DNA from: a virus
Taxonomy: Duplodnaviria > Caudoviricetes
Virus record (IMG/VR): IMGVR_UViG_3300031972_000800
Coordinates: 1 to 53,947 of that record
Strand: one strand, 5' to 3'
DNA length: 53,947 nucleotides
Position 1 is the stretch's first letter, and the number at the start of each line of letters is the position of its first letter. A program made the translations under genes and the position numbers. The notes under the pieces are model-generated. The model saw only the letters and a program-made list of their open reading frames with translations, was not told where the DNA came from and ran no database searches. Of this stretch, positions 48,275-53,947 are shown one piece after another.

Positions 48275-49013
48275 CAACGGGCCTTCAGCCCGTGCGGTAT
48301 CCGAACCGCAATCGGCCAACGGCTATAGCCCCGTTGGATCAGGCACTTAGAAACAGAGGAACCGTACCGATATGCGCTCTGACCCGCGCCCGATCTATCT
48401 CCACTGTACGGCGATGGCGCACTGCGCCGGGAACATCCTTCAGATGTTCTCACGCCTTGTGCACATCGTCGTGCAGCGGAGCCTCTTGAGATCGGTCAGT
48501 CGGATCAGGTGCGCCAGCTATACACACACACATTTTGAATGATACCTCTGGTGTGCCCTTCGTATTTATGCGTCGTCAACCCCATCACGTTTATTGTGTC
48601 CTTGCGGACTCATTCTTTTTGATGGGGTCGGAAGGTCACGGTGGACGTTAGGTCATTTGTATTGGACGTAACGTAACCTTGAGGCCCCAACAGATCTCTT
48701 TTGCTCTGGCGGACTTGCGGGCCGTAGTGTCCTCGTCCGGTGAGCAAATATGAGAGGTCAGTCTCAAGTTTACGAAACGTCAAATCCAAAGGACCTTACG
48801 TCAACCGGGACTACCCGAGCGGGGGCGCTCGGCTTCCTTGACCATTCCCTCAACCCAAACAGGAATCAACGGAAAAAAGAATTCCGGGCAACCCTTCTCC
48901 AAGCGTGCTCCGGGCCGCCCGGAATCCTTTTTGCATTTAAACTCTGTTAGGGATCTCGGCGCGATAAATTCAAATTGCAAACCGTAGGCATCATCACAAA
49001 TGTGTGGTGTGTA
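48231..49013 (+). ncRNA. candidate large structured non-coding RNA or leader
   Basis: More than 10 helices found by eye, including long-range closing stems and a 47-bp rod. G-T pairs favour the + strand. No credible CDS. Confidence 0.65.
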
Positions 49014-49036
49014 ACTCAAATATAGGAAATATCAAC

Positions 49037-49468
49037 ATGGATATCACAGTACTCAGATTGTCAGACGAAGTAAGCGAAATCAACCGGGCTCTGCGCCTCC
49101 TCAACTACGACTGGACAGACTTCGACTGTCAGATCCAAGGTGACGGGACAGGGTTCGACGCACAGCGCGTATGGTTCAAGCTCTACTATCGCGGGCTACC
49201 AACAGGCGACAGCAAGTCAGAAACATGGACGTTCAACTTCGACGGCCAGTACAACCTGCAAGACAACCTGCATCAAGTCACCGAAGCTATCTTGGACTTC
49301 ATTCAGAACCTTCCAACAGGCGACACGCTCAAGCAGCAACACATGGTTCGACTCTTCGAACAAGGTGGTCGCCTAGCCGAAGAGCTCGGGATCGACGAGG
49401 ATTTCATCAACCCGCTGGTCGGGATCATGGAAAAGTTGGCAACCAATGCCATCACTCATCGCAAGTAA
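49037..49468 (+). CDS. early hypothetical protein
   Basis: AGGA RBS before ATG 49037; first gene after the non-coding region. Confidence 0.75.
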   Translation: MDITVLRLSDEVSEINRALRLLNYDWTDFDCQIQGDGTGFDAQRVWFKLYYRGLPTGDSKSETWTFNFDGQYNLQDNLHQVTEAILDFIQNLPTGDTLKQQHMVRLFEQGGRLAEELGIDEDFINPLVGIMEKLATNAITHRK

Positions 49469-49511
49469 TTCAACCGGGGGCTGCGGCCCCCACCAACCAC
49501 AGGAGGCGCAC

Positions 49512-49841
49512 ATGCCACACAAACCACCCTTCAGATTCATCTCAGATGCAGCACATGGCTGGCTCGAAGTGTCACGCAATGACCTAGCCGTCATCGGACT
49601 ATCCGAAGCGGACTTCTCAGAGTTCAGCTACAAGCTCGGCGGGATGCTCTACCTCGAAGAAGATTGCGACGCAGCAACGTTCATCGGGACATACGAGGCA
49701 ATCCACGGCCACACGCCGCGCTTCACCGAGCACGATCACGGTAACTGGTCGCGCATTCGTAGCTTCCAACGGATCGAGAATCCCCACTTCACTTGGGAAA
49801 TCGACCAAGCACTTTCCACCATCCAAAACGAAGAGGTATAA
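49512..49841 (+). CDS. early protein (HGWL...YLEEDCD family)
   Basis: AGGAGG RBS; SDAAHGWLEV and YLEEDCDA motifs. Confidence 0.78.
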   Translation: MPHKPPFRFISDAAHGWLEVSRNDLAVIGLSEADFSEFSYKLGGMLYLEEDCDAATFIGTYEAIHGHTPRFTEHDHGNWSRIRSFQRIENPHFTWEIDQALSTIQNEEV

Positions 49842-49844
49842 CTC

Positions 49845-50144
49845 ATGGATAACCCAATCGACGCTTTCATCAACGCCATCGTGGACGGACTCAAGAAGCA
49901 CGAAGGCTTCAAAGAGTTCATCAAAGAGCAAAGCAAGGACAACGGGATCGACTACACCGAACTCAACGAGCGCTTCTGCGACCTGCTTCGGGACAACTCG
50001 TATGAAGTCAACGAGGTCGCACTCGAAGACTTCGACATCGACAACTACAGTTCCGGAATCACTGACATCATCGACAGTCATATCGACGACAAGTTCATGT
50101 CAGATCGCATCAAGAGTCTGGAATGGGAGATCCAAGTAAAATGA
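49845..50144 (+). CDS. highly acidic early protein
   Basis: GAGG RBS; Asp/Glu-rich. Confidence 0.72.
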   Translation: MDNPIDAFINAIVDGLKKHEGFKEFIKEQSKDNGIDYTELNERFCDLLRDNSYEVNEVALEDFDIDNYSSGITDIIDSHIDDKFMSDRIKSLEWEIQVK

Positions 50145-50506
50145 GAAAAGAAACGTACAAAATTGCACATGCGTTTCTAACAGGGCGGCCCGCAAAGGCT
50201 GCCCGAACGCATACCGACGGACAAACAGTCTGGCTGCACAACAACCGTATCGCATGGCGCAATAGAGACCATGACGTTTGCTTCACCCTAGCAGGGTGGC
50301 CCACCGTCACAACACGCGAGCGTATCAACGGACTGCTCAACGTCTTCGGACAGTCCAGATGGGGCGTCACCCAGCGCAAGCACGAGCAGTACCTCACCTT
50401 CTACGACCACCTGTCAGGCGTAGAACATCTGGAACCAATAGGCGACAACGAAGTAATCAGCTTCAACTGCCTGCGAACTTTCGAGAAGGAATACAAACTA
50501 TGCTAA
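50141..50506 (+). CDS. early hypothetical protein
   Basis: LHNNRIA...AGWPTVTTRERINGL motif; ATGA overlap. Confidence 0.75.
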   Translation: MRKETYKIAHAFLTGRPAKAARTHTDGQTVWLHNNRIAWRNRDHDVCFTLAGWPTVTTRERINGLLNVFGQSRWGVTQRKHEQYLTFYDHLSGVEHLEPIGDNEVISFNCLRTFEKEYKLC

Positions 50507-50670
50507 CTGAAATCGGACTATTTCGCACACCCGAAGACTGGGATGAAGTAATGCACTGGATCAACCTGCACAACCCAGAGGATCGAGCACACCTCGTTAC
50601 CGCTGCCGCCATGACTTGGAACCTAGCGGCTAAACTCACCGACACACAGAAGGAAACGGAAGATGCCTAA
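50500..50670 (+). CDS. early hypothetical protein
   Basis: AAGGA RBS; MLTEIGLFRTPEDW... Confidence 0.7.
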   Translation: MLTEIGLFRTPEDWDEVMHWINLHNPEDRAHLVTAAAMTWNLAAKLTDTQKETEDA

Positions 50671-50884
50671 ACCAATGTGGGAATGGACACACGACGAGAT
50701 CCGCGAATACTACGACAGCAACCCAGACATGACCATCCTGACATACGCTGGGGCGTTGGGACTAACAGGAGGTGAGCTCAAGGATATCCTGATGACAGAC
50801 GGTAGCGCCGTCGATAAGGAAGAAAAGGCCACCGCAGAAGCAATGTTCGAAACCGAAGCCAGAACAACGCGCAACTACTGGTAA
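50663..50884 (+). CDS. early hypothetical protein (HTH-like)
   Basis: YYDSNPDMTIL...ALGLTGGELKDIL. Confidence 0.7.
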   Translation: MPKPMWEWTHDEIREYYDSNPDMTILTYAGALGLTGGELKDILMTDGSAVDKEEKATAEAMFETEARTTRNYW

Positions 50885-50892
50885 CTAACACC

Positions 50893-50929
50893 GAAGGATA
50901 CCCGGCTCCTACGTCGCTGGGTATCCTTC
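50893..50929. terminator. strong hairpin between convergent operons
   Basis: GAAGGATACCCGGC / GCTGGGTATCCTTC 14-bp stem; U-tract is weak. Confidence 0.6.
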
Positions 50930-50949
50930 TCATCAAAAAGTTTTAAAAG

Positions 50950-50996
50950 GAGTTGCCTGTTAACCTCGCAAGCTCGGGGCAACAAAGAAGAAAAGA
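50950..50996. repeat. hairpin repeat, copy 2
   Basis: GAGTTGCCTGTTAACCTCGCAAGCTCGGGGCAACAAAGAAGAAAAGA. Confidence 0.92.
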
Positions 50997-51069
50997 GTTA
51001 TTGTGTCCTTCGGACTCTCTATCCTAGTTCCCATCCCCGGCAAGCCCGGGCCGGGAACCCGCCGCGCCA

Positions 51070-51150
51070 GAGTCGCAAGGCTCAGGCGCGAGCCGCAAGG
51101 CATAATATCAGCGGCAGCAGAGCCGCAAGGCCTCGAATAGAGACGCAAGG
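51070..51150. repeat. four phased 11-mers GAGNCGCAAGG
   Basis: Copies start at 51070, 51090, 51120 and 51140. Confidence 0.9.
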
Positions 51151-51497
51151 TCCTCGAAACTCTGCCCCTCAGCCCCCTCAATCCCCTTTTCAAGGAGCTC
51201 GGGCCCCTTATCTCCCCCAAATAAATATATCCTCTTGGTAGAGAGGGCCTTTACCAAGTAAAAATTATTGCCCCCGCGAGCCCAATACGCCATATTCCAC
51301 GCAATTTGATGCGGAGATATTTTTGGTTTGTTGTTTTTGACTGCTTTGAGCTCCGCCCAAAAAGAAATACCATCCCAGATTGCATGAACATCCGGTACAC
51401 CACCGCCATGCCTGTTTTCTATGCGGGTTGCGAAGCATTTTTCAGGCAGATTTTTCCTGATCGTGCTCCAAAAGTTGGACTCCGGTCCTCTGCTCAT
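51108..51497 (-). CDS. VRR-NUC/PD-(D/E)xK nuclease (Holliday-junction resolvase-like)
   Basis: E...RIEN...GVPD...WAELK...HQIAW. Confidence 0.8.
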   Translation of the reverse strand: MSRGPESNFWSTIRKNLPEKCFATRIENRHGGGVPDVHAIWDGISFWAELKAVKNNKPKISPHQIAWNMAYWARGGNNFYLVKALSTKRIYLFGGDKGPELLEKGIEGAEGQSFEDLASLFEALRLCCR

Positions 51498-51963
51498 CCG
51501 TTATATCCTCATATGATCCCTCGATTGTGAATGCTTGAGGGTATTTCTTTTGTAAATCCGACAGCCGAGCCACAATTTCATCGCGGGATAGCTGATCTAT
51601 CTGGTTGATATTCTCTCGTCTATCCACAGTCAAACCACCCAGAGCCGAGCGAATTTTTTCTGCGTTGATGGCCGCTGAAAACTGGCCCGCGTCCTCCGCG
51701 CCTTCGGAAAGTTGTTTCAGCCGCTGAAGCTGTCCAATGGTTGTCACCCCGTAAAGCCGTTCTCGCTCCTCCCTGAGCTCCTTTATGTATTCGAGCACAT
51801 GCGGATAGTCTCTGCCGTTTAACAGCACTGCTGCGCGCTCGTTTGCGAGATCAGCAGCATATCCTGCCTTCCTCGCGCATTCCGTATTCGAGTAGATCCC
51901 CTCGACAATGTGCCGAGCGAAAGTTTTCTGTCGATTTGTCAGTTTCTGGATTTTCCCAGCCAT
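51442..51963 (-). CDS. terS: terminase small subunit
   Basis: LTNRQKTFA...TECARKAGYA...V.EYI HTH pattern; GGAGG RBS. Confidence 0.8.
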   Translation of the reverse strand: MAGKIQKLTNRQKTFARHIVEGIYSNTECARKAGYAADLANERAAVLLNGRDYPHVLEYIKELREERERLYGVTTIGQLQRLKQLSEGAEDAGQFSAAINAEKIRSALGGLTVDRRENINQIDQLSRDEIVARLSDLQKKYPQAFTIEGSYEDITDEQRTGVQLLEHDQEKSA

Positions 51964-52304
51964 TTAAAATCCTCCGTATATAAGCAGTTTTATACCCCCT
52001 GTTTACAATCACAGTCAAATCACGAAGGGTTTGAAATTTGCCTAGTTGTCAAAAAGGGGGGGTGTTTACGTTTCTAACGTAAACCGTTTACGCAGTGTTT
52101 ACCTTTAAGGAAGGGGGTTAAACTACTGTATAACAACAATAAAACCCTTGTTTTTACAGATTTTAAACAAAACACTTTTTTTGAAAAAAAAAAAAAACGG
52201 AGAGGGGGGTCAAAAAACTGTATACAGGGGGTTGCAGTAACCATTATTTATCCTATATAACTTCTTACATACCTATTCATTCAATTCAATCTAGGAGTAT
52301 CGAT
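51964..52304. promoter_or_regulatory. AT-rich divergent control region and candidate replication origin
   Basis: Minus strand TTGACT-N18-TATAAA (52018-51989); + strand TTGCAG...TATA (52232-52261); GTTTAC repeats; long A/T tracts. Confidence 0.6.
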
Positions 52305-52610
52305 ATGACGACAGTCACATATAATCTACCTGCCTTTTGGGCCACTGCTCTGTTCTACGATGACACCAGTGCCTTCGAATCCTACGAGGATGACAAGCAA
52401 TTCCAAGACTTCTGCGCCTATATGCTCAAGGAGCACGGTTCGTCGGAGCCTGTTTCGTGCAGCGAGGACCCTGCTTTCATGAAGTATCACGACGCGCATC
52501 GTTTTGGTGTTTTGGCGTGTGATGTATTGGAGTTTACGTTTATTGAGGGTCGCGGCAATCCTGAGACGAGTGCGATGGTAACGTTGTCTCATACGATGGG
52601 GGGCGTGTAA
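52305..52610 (+). CDS. hypothetical protein
   Basis: AGGAG RBS; LPAFWATALFYDD motif. Confidence 0.75.
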   Translation: MTTVTYNLPAFWATALFYDDTSAFESYEDDKQFQDFCAYMLKEHGSSEPVSCSEDPAFMKYHDAHRFGVLACDVLEFTFIEGRGNPETSAMVTLSHTMGGV

Positions 52611-52611
52611 T

Positions 52612-52851
52612 ATGTATTCATACAACGCTATATGCGAGGACGACACTGTCCTGTTGAGCCCTACCTTGAAAACGATCAAGGCCCTACGGGCGAGGTACTT
52701 CCGCAATCGTGAGATGTTCAAGGACCGTGTTCCGGTGACGGAGATTATTGTATTCAAGGGTCGTAAGATTCACGGCTATTATACGTCTGATTTTAAGTTG
52801 GACAAAAGCAAGCCTGCTGATTTGCATAATATTTTATATGGGAGAGTGTGA
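52612..52851 (+). CDS. hypothetical protein
   Basis: In operon. Confidence 0.65.
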   Translation: MYSYNAICEDDTVLLSPTLKTIKALRARYFRNREMFKDRVPVTEIIVFKGRKIHGYYTSDFKLDKSKPADLHNILYGRV

Positions 52852-53099
52852 TGTCTTATAACGGATGGACGAACAAGGAGACTTGGTTGGTGCAGTTGTG
52901 GATAGGCGACAGCTTAACCATGGACCAAGAGGCGGGTCACGACATCACTGCTGATTACATTAAGCAGATTGTGGACGAGATGGCTTCGGCTTTGCTTGAT
53001 GGCCCTGACGCTAATGGTTTTATGACTGATTTATTTAACTGCGCTTTGTGTGAGATTGATTACCACGAGCTTGCTTCGCATTATGAGGAGGATGAGTGA
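52851..53099 (+). CDS. hypothetical protein (YNGWTNxETW family)
   Basis: Conserved-looking N-terminal motif; coupled. Confidence 0.75.
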   Translation: MSYNGWTNKETWLVQLWIGDSLTMDQEAGHDITADYIKQIVDEMASALLDGPDANGFMTDLFNCALCEIDYHELASHYEEDE

Positions 53100-53326
53100 T
53101 GATTCGGGATATTGAGATACGGGCCAAGCGTCCCTCTTTGGAGGAGGCGCAGGCTATTGTTGGTGGCTTGATTGAGATTGTGATTGACGATGGTGAGAAG
53201 CAGTTGATTGTGAACGAGGAGGGGTTGTTGTTGGGTTTACCATTTAACGAGACGGCCAGTCGCATGACTGGTCGGCATATAGTGGGTCCAGCATTACTGC
53301 TTGCGGGGGAGGCGATGTTAGACTGA
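53099..53326 (+). CDS. DUF3846-like protein
   Basis: LEEAQAIVGGLIE...IVNEEG...LPFN..AS...IVG. Confidence 0.8.
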   Translation: MIRDIEIRAKRPSLEEAQAIVGGLIEIVIDDGEKQLIVNEEGLLLGLPFNETASRMTGRHIVGPALLLAGEAMLD

Positions 53327-53763
53327 TGGCATATTTATTTGATCAGGAGATATTGAATATTGGCGTGTACCGAGGTGCGGGGATGGTTGTGAACGAGGTT
53401 TGTCCCTTGGACAATGGGATTGCGGAATACAGTGCGTCTGTTATTCGGGATCATTTTTACACGGCGGAAAAGACTGCTCGCATGTTTGGTGGTGGTATAA
53501 AGTTGTGTGTTTATGTGGAGTTTTCGGTTGAAGGGATTGCCTCGCATACGGGTTGGAAGAATGTGGAAGATTACAATGACATCACTGACGAGCCGAGGGC
53601 CAAGCGGTGGCGTGTTGTAGTTGAGCAGCGAAACGTTTTTTACGAGGAGGCTGAAACGGCAGAGGAGGCACGGCGCATCGCTGCTGAAGATCGCATCTGG
53701 GATGAGAACCAGAGCGGAGAAGATACTTATGATTTTGAAATTACTGTGGAGGAGGATGCGTGA
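53326..53763 (+). CDS. hypothetical protein
   Basis: GGAGG RBS; TGATG coupling. Confidence 0.7.
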   Translation: MAYLFDQEILNIGVYRGAGMVVNEVCPLDNGIAEYSASVIRDHFYTAEKTARMFGGGIKLCVYVEFSVEGIASHTGWKNVEDYNDITDEPRAKRWRVVVEQRNVFYEEAETAEEARRIAAEDRIWDENQSGEDTYDFEITVEEDA

Positions 53764-53947
53764 TGCGAGAGTTAAACGGGTGGTATGAGGATGAGTGCGG
53801 CGCTGTTCCATTTACGATGCCTGCTAGGACGTTATTGAACGCGGTTGTGAAGATGCGTGAGATGGACGCGGATTTTGGTCACACTGACATGGAGGTGAAC
53901 TGGGGTACGCTGGATGATTACGAGGACGTAGGATCGATTATTTATAA
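53763..53947 (+). CDS. partial hypothetical protein running off the window end
   Basis: GGAGGAGG RBS; MRELNGWYEDECGAVPF... stays open to the last base. Confidence 0.65.
   Translation, partial: MRELNGWYEDECGAVPFTMPARTLLNAVVKMREMDADFGHTDMEVNWGTLDDYEDVGSIIY

Larger units (their letters stand above)
1..53947. mobile_element. Near-complete dsDNA tailed phage genome (podovirus-like; probably a marine alphaproteobacterial phage)
   Basis: Has terL, terS, portal, capsid, tail fibre, lysis and replication genes and no host genes. Both ends lie in the same kind of small, G/T-rich, + strand gene array, consistent with circular permutation. Confidence 0.93.

Noticed and set aside
48231-49013. tmRNA, RNase P RNA, group I/II intron or retron msr-msd
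   Set aside because: No tRNA-like ends, no GAGGAAAGUCC, no recognisable intron core or interrupted gene, and no reverse transcriptase in the genome.
48088-49019. ORFs 48088-48489, 48124-48453, 48750-48950 and 48801-49019
   Set aside because: No RBS, atypical composition, mutually overlapping; base-pairing explains the region better.
49476-49491. GC hairpin between early genes as a terminator
   Set aside because: No U-tract; more likely a stability or processing hairpin.
50960-51220. 86-aa minus ORF over the phased repeats
   Set aside because: Overlaps the nuclease in another frame, has no RBS, and has repeat-driven composition.
52176-52197. T7/A14 homopolymer pair as a terminator hairpin
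   Set aside because: No GC stem, and homopolymer length may be a sequencing artefact; kept only as part of the AT-rich region.
1-53947. tRNA genes, DGR, RNA polymerase, ribonucleotide reductase
   Set aside because: No supporting motifs seen by eye; tRNAscan-SE and HMM searches would be needed to exclude them fully.

Overview
The window looks like an essentially complete (~54 kb) genome of a dsDNA tailed phage with a podovirus-like layout. The marine alphaproteobacterial HTVC023P/CRP-901-like group is my best guess from gene content; it is not a database result. Modules: (i) small early/middle genes (49.0-50.9 kb, 52.3-53.9 kb and 1-2.4 kb, + strand); (ii) replication: SNF2 helicase (-), then on + an SSB-like protein, AEP primase-polymerase, AlpA-like HTH, UvrD-like helicase, DUF6378 protein and family A DNA polymerase with Leu762; (iii) a ~36 kb minus-strand late operon: variable virion/ejection proteins including an SLT, terL, portal, holins, M15 endolysin, GroES, scaffold, Mu-gpT-like major capsid protein, small basic proteins, adaptors, S74-chaperone tail fibre, tail nozzle and internal proteins; (iv) terS plus a PD-(D/E)xK nuclease placed apart from terL. 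I found no integrase, RNA polymerase, RT, tRNA or CRISPR array. Most notable unexplained signals: (1) a ~0.8 kb non-coding stretch at 48.2-49.0 kb that folds by eye into nested long-range helices, including a 47-bp periodically mismatched rod, a candidate large phage ncRNA or structured leader; (2) a covarying hairpin repeat that brackets this element plus the early genes; (3) a shared [FYM]xxGG-hydrophobic peptide tag in about a dozen late proteins, TerL included, a candidate capsid-targeting or proteolysis code; (4) helically phased 11-mers and a strand-skew inversion at 51-52.5 kb marking a probable origin or pac region.
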